58,558 bases of DNA from a virus. Taxonomy: Duplodnaviria > Caudoviricetes. The DNA lies in IMG/VR virus record IMGVR_UViG_3300036770_003861, positions 1-58,558 of that record; one strand, given 5' to 3'. The notes under the pieces were generated by a model, which ran no database searches, was not told the DNA's origin, and saw only the letters and a list, made by a program, of their open reading frames with translations. This document shows, in pieces, positions 28,448 to 37,100 of the stretch; the first letter of the stretch is position 1, and each line of letters begins with the position of its first letter. The position numbers and the translations under genes were made by a program.

Positions 28448-28915
28448 TCAGGCGATGTTGCGGTTCTGGACGTATTCGACTTCGATGAAGCCCACGCCAG
28501 TGCCGGTGTTTGCAGACAACACGTAAATGCGAACGTCAGACGTGCCGACGTCAGCCCAAGCGTTGACGAGCGTCGCGCTCGCACCCGGAGCGACGTTTAC
28601 GATGCCGAGGGTGCCGCCGGCCTGCGTCACCGCAAGCTCGTTGCCCGCCGCCGACGTGCCTACGCCGAAGGTCGTCGCGGCCCCGTTCCAAACCACGTTC
28701 ACGTAAACGCGAATGGCCGTGATCATGGAGTTGGCCGGGACGATGATGTCGGTCGTGTAGAGACCGGGCGTCGACCCGTTCGTCGCCTGCGTGAGGGCGG
28801 ACGACTGGGACATCTTGACGAAGCCGACGTTGGCGACGTCCTGACCGAGCGTCGTGCCCGTGGTGTTAAAAATATCGCCAGCCTTTACGGGGCCGGAGAA
28901 CGTGGTTGTTCCCAT
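28448..28915 (-). CDS. Head-associated structural protein
   Basis: MGTTTFSGPVKAG start after AGGAGG; immediately after the MCP. Confidence 0.7.
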   Translation of the reverse strand: MGTTTFSGPVKAGDIFNTTGTTLGQDVANVGFVKMSQSSALTQATNGSTPGLYTTDIIVPANSMITAIRVYVNVVWNGAATTFGVGTSAAGNELAVTQAGGTLGIVNVAPGASATLVNAWADVGTSDVRIYVLSANTGTGVGFIEVEYVQNRNIA

Positions 28916-28985
28916 TGGAACCTCCTGCACGAGTTGGATCACGTTGTCTGTGCAGCGTCCGCTAGGCCGGTCAACGCGATCAGAA
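28916..28985 (-). ncRNA. Candidate structured cis-regulatory RNA
   Basis: GATCGCGTTG/CAACGTGATC stem; loop CTGCAC is complementary to GTGCAG abutting the SD. Confidence 0.4.
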
Positions 28986-28991
28986 ACCTAG

Positions 28992-29020
28992 AAAAGAGGC
29001 GGGGATTTCTCCCCGCCTCC
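28992..29020 (-). terminator. Intrinsic terminator after the MCP
   Basis: GAGGCGGGGA-gaaa-TCCCCGCCTC followed by TTTTC. Confidence 0.85.
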
Positions 29021-29025
29021 GTCAA

Positions 29026-29937
29026 TCAGGTCGGGAACGAGCCGAAGATCGAACGCCAGTTGTAGTAACCGAAAGAGTAACGTTCGTAACCCTTTACGAG
29101 AAGATTGTCGGTCACGAAATCCACTTGCATGTCCGTCTCGAAGCCGATGCGCTGCATGTAGGACAGGCCGTCGATGTTCGTGAGCAGGAACCACGCGCGG
29201 GCCGACGTCAGGTAGTCGTTGACCATGTAGCCCTCCGGCAGGCCGCCGGCGGTCATCATGATCGCGTTGACGTCGTTGTCGGCCGTGCCGGGACGCAGCT
29301 CCGTCTTCGTGAGACGGATTGCAACCGGCTCGAGGGCGGGCGGAACCACGAGGCGACGCCCACGGGCGAACACCTTCAGGCCGGCCTGATCGCGGAAGTT
29401 CGTGCGGATCGAGATCATGCCGTTGAGCAGCGTGGCCTCGTTCAGATCGACGTCCGTGGTGGGCCGGTTGGCGACCGTGCCGCCGTCGATGGGATGGTCA
29501 GTCGCAATGAGCGCCTTGCCGTCGCCGCCGATGTTGGCATTGTAGGTCGTGGCCGTGTTGAGCACGTTCGCGCCGTAGATTTCCTTGGTCTGCTGGAAGC
29601 TCTCCATCAGGCCGAGGTTCGAGGGAGCGAACTGGCTCTTGTAGAGGTTGTCGTCGATCGCCTTGCGGGTGATCGCGTAACCAAGGCCGATCTCGACGTG
29701 CTCTTGGTTGTAGACGTAACGCTCGCCAGCGCCGTTATCAAACGACGTCTGGCCGCCTTCCGTCTTCAACTGAGCATAGCCGAGGAAGCGCATCTCAGCG
29801 GTGCGCTCGAGGGCCATCTTCGAGTCATGCTTCGTGAAGATCTTGTCGTACTGCGACGGGATCTGCTCGTACTTGCCTTCAATGCCACGGAGACCGGGCA
29901 GGAGAAGGTCCTTAATTGCTGAAAGATTGACAGCCAT
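29026..29937 (-). CDS. Major capsid protein
   Basis: LLPGL...EGGQTSFD...GYAITRKAIDDNLY...GDGKALIATDHP...LVVPPAL...WFLLT...ERYSFG; high-GC codon usage; terminator downstream. Confidence 0.88.
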   Translation of the reverse strand: MAVNLSAIKDLLLPGLRGIEGKYEQIPSQYDKIFTKHDSKMALERTAEMRFLGYAQLKTEGGQTSFDNGAGERYVYNQEHVEIGLGYAITRKAIDDNLYKSQFAPSNLGLMESFQQTKEIYGANVLNTATTYNANIGGDGKALIATDHPIDGGTVANRPTTDVDLNEATLLNGMISIRTNFRDQAGLKVFARGRRLVVPPALEPVAIRLTKTELRPGTADNDVNAIMMTAGGLPEGYMVNDYLTSARAWFLLTNIDGLSYMQRIGFETDMQVDFVTDNLLVKGYERYSFGYYNWRSIFGSFPT

Positions 29938-29950
29938 TGGTCCTTACTCC

Positions 29951-30559
29951 TTAGGCGATGCCAGTCGGGCCGGCACCATTGGTGCGGGTCGAGGCGTTGT
30001 TGAAGGCGACAATCACTCGGTTGTATTCCGACGCGATGTCAGTGCCATTGGCTCCCGGGGGATCCTGAACGAGACCGACGATGCGGAAGGGAAGAGTGAC
30101 AGTCGTGTTGAGGGTCGCAACATTGACCGACATGCCGGACTGGCCAGTGGCCGTGTTGCCCGTGCCGACGGCGATGTTGATGTACTCGCCGATGTTCGCG
30201 AACGCCACGGGCGAAGAGCCGCCGCTGTCGCTGGACTGGACCTCAAACTGAGCGTTCGGGTCGTCGATGATGTAGGCCTCAACGTCGCCAGACGCGTCGG
30301 AGCCGGGCCAATAGTTGGACCAAACCGTGCGCTTCTGCGAAACCGAGAGGTACTTGCAGCCGACGAAAATGCCCTCAACGCGGACCGTCGAGGCGGTCGC
30401 CTGAGCAATGTAGCCAGTCGTCAGCGGGATGACTGCGTCGCCAGAGAAAATCGCAGTCGTGTTGTTTGAGGCGATCTTGCGAACGCTTTGCTCGTAGGTC
30501 GGGACAGAACCCGTGCCCTTAATCTGTCGAAAACCGAAAGGCGCGTTAGTATTCGCCAT
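29951..30559 (-). CDS. Capsid decoration/minor capsid protein
   Basis: MANTNAPFGFR...IFSGD...GIFVGCKY...IIDDPNAQFEVQ; precedes the MCP. Confidence 0.7.
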   Translation of the reverse strand: MANTNAPFGFRQIKGTGSVPTYEQSVRKIASNNTTAIFSGDAVIPLTTGYIAQATASTVRVEGIFVGCKYLSVSQKRTVWSNYWPGSDASGDVEAYIIDDPNAQFEVQSSDSGGSSPVAFANIGEYINIAVGTGNTATGQSGMSVNVATLNTTVTLPFRIVGLVQDPPGANGTDIASEYNRVIVAFNNASTRTNGAGPTGIA

Positions 30560-30650
30560 GACGGCTCCTCCTATTCTAGGAAGCTCCGTCGCCTCACACC
30601 GGGGAGGCTCGGGAAGCGGGGTGATTTTAACCCTCCACACCGGGGGAGAG
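30560..30650 (-). promoter_or_regulatory. Structured 5' leader: two hairpins with identical CCCGGUGU loops plus an SD-sequestering hairpin
   Basis: CTCTCC-cccggtgt-GGAGGG; GCCTC-cccggtgt-GAGGC; GACGG.CTTCCTA-gaa-TAGGAGG.CCGTC-ATG. Confidence 0.6.
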
Positions 30651-30671
30651 TGAGCAGAAATGCCTTCCTGA

Positions 30672-30699
30672 ATAATACGGACAAGTTCTTAAAAGTAAA
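30672..30699 (-). promoter_or_regulatory. Possible promoter for the capsid genes
   Basis: TTTACT-16-TATTAT just downstream of the GGGCCGCC-ttcg-GGCGGCCC hairpin (30700-30719). Confidence 0.4.
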
Positions 30700-30744
30700 G
30701 GGCCGCCCGAAGGCGGCCCAAAACCACAAGAACTCAGCCCCAAA

Positions 30745-31302
30745 TCAGTCTTCGGGAATGGGCATCGCTTCGTATGCTTTCTTAATCTTCGGGGCCACTC
30801 GCGGGTCGTCGCGGGTGAGGGTCCCCTCCGGCGTGGCGGAGAGCTGCTGCTCCTTCATCCGCACCTGACTGCGCGCCCGGCGAAACTCAATGGCGCGGAC
30901 CTCCTCGGTGATCTCGATCGGACGCTCCATCAGGACCATGCCCTTGCGCTCGATCGTCTTCTTGCCCCAGCCCGCCGGCATCATGGCGAGGTGGTCGGCA
31001 TCCCGGTCGACCGGAACCGCCTCCCAGCCCTCGCGCGCGAGCTGCACGGTGTAGGCCGGATCCTCCTGATTGTAGATCGTGTGGCGCTTCCACTCGTACG
31101 TCCAACCGTCCGGGATCATGGACGGGGGGATGAAGAACTCGTCCGTCCCCTCGTCGAGGCCGCCCAAGTGCTCACGGATCTGCTCGGCCCTGCGCCGGGC
31201 GCGGTCCCTCGGGTCCTCCTCCTTCGGAGACGAACGCAGCGGGGGACGATCGACAGCCGCATCGGCTGCCATGGCTTTGCGAAATTCACTCTGCTTTGGC
31301 AT
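30745..31302 (-). CDS. Conserved head-region hypothetical protein
   Basis: PDGWTYEWKR...REGWEAVP...GMVLMERP; lies between scaffold and decoration genes. Confidence 0.7.
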   Translation of the reverse strand: MPKQSEFRKAMAADAAVDRPPLRSSPKEEDPRDRARRRAEQIREHLGGLDEGTDEFFIPPSMIPDGWTYEWKRHTIYNQEDPAYTVQLAREGWEAVPVDRDADHLAMMPAGWGKKTIERKGMVLMERPIEITEEVRAIEFRRARSQVRMKEQQLSATPEGTLTRDDPRVAPKIKKAYEAMPIPED

Positions 31303-31317
31303 TCTTTACCCCTAAAA

Positions 31318-32220
31318 TTAGAGCCGGCCTTCCTTCTGAAGGAGCAGCTTGTTGCGGGCGTATTCTTCCGGCGTCATCCCCAAGTCGCGCGCCGTCTCCG
31401 CCTCAGCGGGGCTCAGACGCACCTGATTGGGTCGCTGACCAGTCGCCGTCCCGGAACGTGTCACGGGGGCCGACGGGGGCGCAGAGCGGCGCTGGACGGG
31501 CTTGGCGGCCGACGAGAAGTTGTCTTCCTCGTCGGAGACCTCGCGCTGGGGCGCTTGGCGGCGGTTGATCTTTATCGTGTCCTCGATAAAGCCGAAGTAG
31601 TCGTCGCTGTCGGGCTCGTAGCCGTCGGCGACGGCCAGATTGTGGGCCGCCACCATCTTCTGGTAGAGCCTCGGGTCCGTCACGCACTGCGGATTGCGCC
31701 GCACCCAGTCCGCCGACCGGGGCGAGAGCTGCGAGGCGAGCGCCTCCACCGGATCCGCGGGCGGCTCCGGAACCCTCTGCTGGGGAGGCGGGGCGTTTTC
31801 CATGGCCGCCCGGCCCCTCTCGAGCTCCATGAGCCTCGCCGCGTTCAGCGACATGGCCTCCTGAAGCTCCGCGCCCTTGGCGTAGTCCCCGACAGAGAGG
31901 GCCTCGGCGTACGCGCGCTTGAGATTGTCGCTCGTACTCTTCACGGTCTCAATTGCGCTCTTCACAAGCTGCAAATTGCTGTCGTAGACCTCGCTCGAGG
32001 CACGGTGAGCGTGCTCGGCCGACAGTCTGGCCTGCTTTTCGGCCTCTAAACGAGCAATTTTTTCTTGTTCAAGCTTCAGGCGGAGGCTTTGTATGCCCTC
32101 GTCCGGGGACTTTTCGTCTTCTTTGGCCTCTGGCTCGTCTTTTTGGACGATTACGGGCTCTTCAACGACCTCGGGGTCGTTTTCGATCTCGATTTCGAGC
32201 TTTTCGTCGTTATCTGACAT
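31318..32220 (-). CDS. Capsid scaffolding protein
   Basis: Acidic coiled coil; W..RNP; SDDYF..I; C-terminal VRLS..E...A..LG.T.EEYA. Confidence 0.75.
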   Translation of the reverse strand: MSDNDEKLEIEIENDPEVVEEPVIVQKDEPEAKEDEKSPDEGIQSLRLKLEQEKIARLEAEKQARLSAEHAHRASSEVYDSNLQLVKSAIETVKSTSDNLKRAYAEALSVGDYAKGAELQEAMSLNAARLMELERGRAAMENAPPPQQRVPEPPADPVEALASQLSPRSADWVRRNPQCVTDPRLYQKMVAAHNLAVADGYEPDSDDYFGFIEDTIKINRRQAPQREVSDEEDNFSSAAKPVQRRSAPPSAPVTRSGTATGQRPNQVRLSPAEAETARDLGMTPEEYARNKLLLQKEGRL

Positions 32221-32229
32221 GGAAAGTCC

Positions 32230-32622
32230 TCACCAAACCTGATCGGGGTGGGAAATTCGCGCCCGAACGGACATGTCGTCCAGCATTCGACACAATGTCC
32301 CGTTCACTGTGATGTTCCAGCCGTCCGACGGACGGAAGACAATCCAGTCGCCCTCTGAAATGTCGAGGCCGGAGAACCATTCTCCGTCCTTGTCGACGAA
32401 TGCGGTCGGCCCCTTCTTGATTATGAGGCCGACTTTGGACTGGTAGCGGTCTTCTTCTCTCGACTTATCAGACAGATAGAGGCCGCTTTTGGTCTTTTCT
32501 GGTCGGATGTAGACCGCGACCAGCACCTGCATGTTGAAAACTTCGATAGACGAAGTGTCCCCGACTTGCTCGAGAAGGACATCCTTGGGGTCCCTCTCGT
32601 GCAGCATAGTAATGTTAGACAT
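32230..32622 (-). CDS. GroES-like co-chaperonin
   Basis: EKTKSGLYL...GLIIKKGP...EGDWIVF...RMLDD. Confidence 0.8.
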   Translation of the reverse strand: MSNITMLHERDPKDVLLEQVGDTSSIEVFNMQVLVAVYIRPEKTKSGLYLSDKSREEDRYQSKVGLIIKKGPTAFVDKDGEWFSGLDISEGDWIVFRPSDGWNITVNGTLCRMLDDMSVRARISHPDQVW

Positions 32623-32636
32623 TTTGTCTCCCCTTT

Positions 32637-32855
32637 TTACTGCCTCCCGCGTTGATTACGGTCGCAGTTCTCTTGAGCTTGGGGAAACAGCTCGTCGATT
32701 ACAAGGCGAAGCCCAGTAATAATGCCGACTTTATGTCTGTAATCTGTGAAATCCGTGACGCCGTGCCCGTTTCCGAGAATTTTTGTCCTCTCGTTTATCT
32801 GCTCCTCGAGAAGCTTCAGGAGTTCCCTCGCGAAAAATGCGTTGTACGTCTGCAT
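32637..32855 (-). CDS. Hypothetical protein
   Basis: AAGGTGG RBS; DY...VG.I.GL motif typical upstream of phage GroES. Confidence 0.7.
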   Translation of the reverse strand: MQTYNAFFARELLKLLEEQINERTKILGNGHGVTDFTDYRHKVGIITGLRLVIDELFPQAQENCDRNQRGRQ

Positions 32856-32926
32856 AGTCGTCCACCTTATAAAAATCGCCGGAAGACTGATCTCCCGGCG
32901 ATTTATTTGGCGATTTATTTGGCGAG

Positions 32927-34129
32927 TTATCGCTTGGCGGCTTGGATCGCAGTCTTCTCCAACCGACCCTCGCCGGATCCGGCCCCAGCCTTCATGTCCT
33001 TGTAGCTCTTGAAGACCGCCCGGCCTCCAGACTTACGGGGCATGGGCATGGGCATGCCGCCCATCGCCGGAGCAGCGGGAGGCATGGGCATGCCGCCGCC
33101 CGGAGGCATGGGCGCTCCGCCGCCGGGGCCGCCCGGGAGAGGAACGGGGACGCCCGGCGGCGGTACCGCGGGGCCCGGAGACTGCGCCTGTTCAGGCATA
33201 GCCGGCTTCCCCGCGGCGATGACGATGTTGATGTTCGTCTTGCCCTTGGACTTCGTGCGCCCGCCCGACTTGCGGGGGACGGGCATCGCCATGCTCTGGG
33301 GGAGCGCAGGCGCGCCGGCCATGGCCTGCGGGGGAGCGCCAACGCCAAGAGCGCCCAGCGCCTGCTGCGCGACCTGAGGGTCGATCGCCGGCATGCCACC
33401 GCCCATCGCGCCGCCGTAGAACTTGCCCGGACGCGCCTTGCCGCCCTTCTTGTAGGGCGTGCCCTGCGCGCCGGAACCAAAGTCCATGGCCTTCTTCTTG
33501 ACGATGCTCATGCGCGGATCCATCGCGCCGCCCATCATCTTCTTCGTGCGGCCGCCGGCCTTGCGGCCAGCCTCGAGGCGTTCGGCCTGATCCTTGTCGA
33601 GGTCGACGGGCTTGGTGCCCGGCGCGCCGACGGTCTCCGCCGGGCGACGGGGAGGCATCGGCGGGTTCTTCGGCATCTCGGTCGGGGCCTTGGCCCCCGC
33701 CTCGATGCGGCGACGCATCTCCGGCGAGACCATCTTGTTGAGCTGGCCACCGTCCATCTTCTCGGCGCGGCCACCCTTCTTCAGGCCGCCGATGTGCTTG
33801 ACGCCCTCGCGGTCCTCGTTGGCCGCCTTCACGTCGCGGTTGGTCTTGGCCTTCGAGTAGACCTTGGCCTCAGCCTTCTCGCTCTCGACCTTGCCGCCAG
33901 CCTTGCGGGCCTTGCGGCCCAAGTGCATCGGCCCGCAGGCCTCGCCCTCGACCTTGCCGCCCTTCTTGTACGCGCGGCGCGAGATCGGGCGCATGCCCGT
34001 CTTCACGTCTGCGTTGAGGGGCTCGGGCGGCGTCCAGTCGGAGCTGTCGACCTTCTTGCTGCTGCCGGCCGCGAGCTTGCGGGCCTTGCCCTTCATCGCC
34101 TCGCGAGCCTTCTTTGCCATTTCGTACAT
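32927..34129 (-). CDS. Basic Lys/Gly/Pro-rich protein with ~10 GG motifs
   Basis: YKKGGKV, RKAGGKV, LKKGGRA, KMDGGQL, RKAGGRT, KMMGGAM, YKKGGKA, KFYGGAM, RKSGGRT, RKSGGRA. Confidence 0.8.
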   Translation of the reverse strand: MYEMAKKAREAMKGKARKLAAGSSKKVDSSDWTPPEPLNADVKTGMRPISRRAYKKGGKVEGEACGPMHLGRKARKAGGKVESEKAEAKVYSKAKTNRDVKAANEDREGVKHIGGLKKGGRAEKMDGGQLNKMVSPEMRRRIEAGAKAPTEMPKNPPMPPRRPAETVGAPGTKPVDLDKDQAERLEAGRKAGGRTKKMMGGAMDPRMSIVKKKAMDFGSGAQGTPYKKGGKARPGKFYGGAMGGGMPAIDPQVAQQALGALGVGAPPQAMAGAPALPQSMAMPVPRKSGGRTKSKGKTNINIVIAAGKPAMPEQAQSPGPAVPPPGVPVPLPGGPGGGAPMPPGGGMPMPPAAPAMGGMPMPMPRKSGGRAVFKSYKDMKAGAGSGEGRLEKTAIQAAKR

Positions 34130-34172
34130 GCGCTTACTCCGGAGTTCTCGGGGCGTCCCCCGTGCCGCTGGG

Positions 34173-37100
34173 TTAAGGGTTGGTCGTTTCGCGCGGCGAC
34201 GAAGCGAGTTCTTTGGCAGCCATTAGAGCGCGATGTGACACATCACCTCCACGCTTGAAGCCGTACAAGGGGCGAAGCTTTTCGCCCCGCTTGATGCTTT
34301 CCATCATGCGGTCATTGATCTCTTGCACCATGCGCTGCTCTTCAAACAGCTTGCGCCATGTGTCGCGACCAACTTGGTCAGTCGAGAACGGGTGAACTGT
34401 CATGGGGGCTTTTGGCGGCGCGCTCTTTGTAGCACCCGGGCGGACCTGATTATATTTAGCCAACAGCATGTCGGTCGCGTCGGGCGCTCCATACTGACGA
34501 TGGATCAGAGGAACATCCGCGTAATACTTGCCCGGCGTGTCGCCGCCGTAGGTGAAATGGTCGAAGTACCTGTTCGCCTCAGCTTGATGGAACAGGCGCG
34601 GATCGAGTTCAACCATGCGCCCTCCCATCATGTTGCCCGGGGCCATCATAAACTTGCGATTGGTTGCTGCGGCGCGGAGCTGCCCCACTTCTGGAAAGCC
34701 CTGTTTCACCCAATCTGCGCGTTCAAGGCCTTTGATGATGGCTGCGCGGGTTGTCCCGACAATGTCGGGGTTGTCCAACAAAAATGCGCGCGCCTTGCCC
34801 ATATCTTCAAAGCCGGGGAAATTGGCAAGTTTGGTGCGCAGAGCTTCTTTTGCTTTTGGGCTATCGCCGAACGCGCCGGAGCGAATAATCTGAGTAGCTT
34901 TTTCAAGATTTGCAGTAGGTATTGCCCCACCTTCAACAGCGCTCAAATAAAGATCCATCATATTCTTGGAGCTGTCGATGGAGGCCGGACCCATTGGATT
35001 GGCGACCGCCATAACCGGAAGGTCTTTCTTGACTGCCCGCTGAATGTCCTTTTGACCTAAAACCGCCTTTTTCAACTGGGCCGCATGTTCGGGGTTGTTT
35101 GACCAAACCGAGTGAAGGTTCGGTTCCCGCATATAATCGAAACCGGCATGAATGTCGGTCGGCCATGCCAAGGCGCGCAAATCTCCCGCAGGGCCATAAC
35201 CCCGCAGGCGCGCAAGATCCGAAAGGTCGCCGCCCAAAGAAATAACAGGGCTACCAGCGCGCTCGCGACCAACGTCTTCCCAAGATTTCTCAACAATCGG
35301 CTTTGGCTGATGCGTATAGGGGATTGGTTCAGCCGCACGACCAAGATCTTCAAGCGGAACACTTGGCTTGTGCCCGAAATAGCTGCGGCCACCAAAGCTG
35401 GAGCCGCCCTTGGTAATATAGCTCTGAGCAATCTTCTGACCCCAGCCTGCAAGCTCTGGGTCCGAGGAAGCTGGAGACGCCACCTTGCCGTAAGCGTTAA
35501 CCAAACGCTCCACGTCTTCGGGAGCCATTCCTGCGCCAGCTTGGGGATCGAAAACGCGACGCACTTCCTTCAGTGTCATCGCCCTTGGCTCAGGCGTGAA
35601 AACAGAGCGACGAGCGGCCTCGAGCCCGCGCTTTACGATGTCTGCCTTGCCGGCCTCGGCCTCCTCCGGCGTCATCGCGGCAGCGCCAGCGGCGCCGGCG
35701 GCGACGGGCGCAGGAACGCGGCCCAGCACGTCTCCGGCGACGTCGACAGCCCTGCGGCCGGCGTCGTATGCGGCCCGGCCTGCGACCATGAGCGGCTTGC
35801 GGGCGTAGAACGCGGCGGGCAATGCAGCCTCAAGAGCGGCCTGCCCGTAATTTCCCTTCCCGATCGAGCCCGCAATGTCCGAGAGCATGAGGGGGATGCC
35901 GGTGACCATGGGCAAGTCCGCGGCCCCAAAGCCCATGCCCGAGCCCTCGAGACCGGTATTGCCGACCAGCGCCCGGGCGACGTTCGCACGGAATTGACCG
36001 CCCGGCGCTCGCTCCCCGCCCTCGCCGACGATGGCGCGGCCGATCTGCTCGCGCGGTGTCATCTCATATGCACGAAGCTCAGCCTCTTTCGCACGCGCAG
36101 GAAACCGCTGGTAGTTCTCAACGGCCTGACGAAACATCCGCCCGCGCTCCTCGGGCGTGAACTCAGGCGCGTCCGGCTGAATGCTGGCAATGGTCTCTCG
36201 GCGGCGAGCCTGCGGCGAGACGTACTCCTCCGGCTCCCCGCCATCTGCATACATGCCGCGCACAACGTGAAGAGCATCTTCTACTGCCCCGCCGTCTTTT
36301 TCCTTGGAACGCTCGCGGACAATCTGCATCTCATCTGAGACGTCCTGCGTTTCCCAAGGCTTTTTGTCATAGCCAGACTTATCGCGCGTTTGAACATTGC
36401 GCGCCTCCACTTCGCCAGCGGAGCGCTTATACGCACTTTCGACGGCGTACTCTTGCGCCGACTTGTTGGCAATTGCGGATGGCTTTTTGACCGCTTTCAA
36501 ATAGGAGGGGTACGACTTACGGGCTGCTTCAAGATCATCTCCAAATCCAGCGACAGCAGCATACGTCTCCAAAGGGACAGGAGTCCGCATGGCGGCAAGA
36601 CGCTCCTGATAAATATCCCATGCCGGCGTTCCCGGCTTGAGAACAAATGTATTGCCGCCCGGAGCAAAGTTTTCCATTGTCTGAACAGCATGTTGCAATT
36701 CATGCAGAGCAGTGGACCTTGGGTCTTTTGCATATTGCCCAATTTCAAGTGTTGGAAATGTGTCTTTTACATTTGGATTGCCGCTCCAGCCGCCCTGAAC
36801 TTTTGTGCGCTTGAGCGGGCTCGCGTAGAACTCCACGTCCGAAAGCTGAGGATACGCCTTAAACAGCTCGGGGTGATCAATCGCCTCACCAACCGTTGAC
36901 TTTTCAATGTAGCCCGGACGCATCGAAGCCGCTGTATCTGGAACCTCAAACCGCCACTGCTTATCTGCCCCCTGAAACCATTTAGTCGCATCGTAAATCT
37001 CGTCACGGGTCGCGCCTTGCTTTGCCATGTCACGAGCAACTTCCAAAGCCTGAAGATCCGCCGTTTTGGCAGACGGTCCGAGGAACATGCCGATAGATCC

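Noticed and set aside
32872-32930. GGCGATTTATTT tandem copies and hairpin after the 400-aa gene
   Set aside because: Only ~2.5 copies; most simply a terminator-like hairpin with a local duplication.
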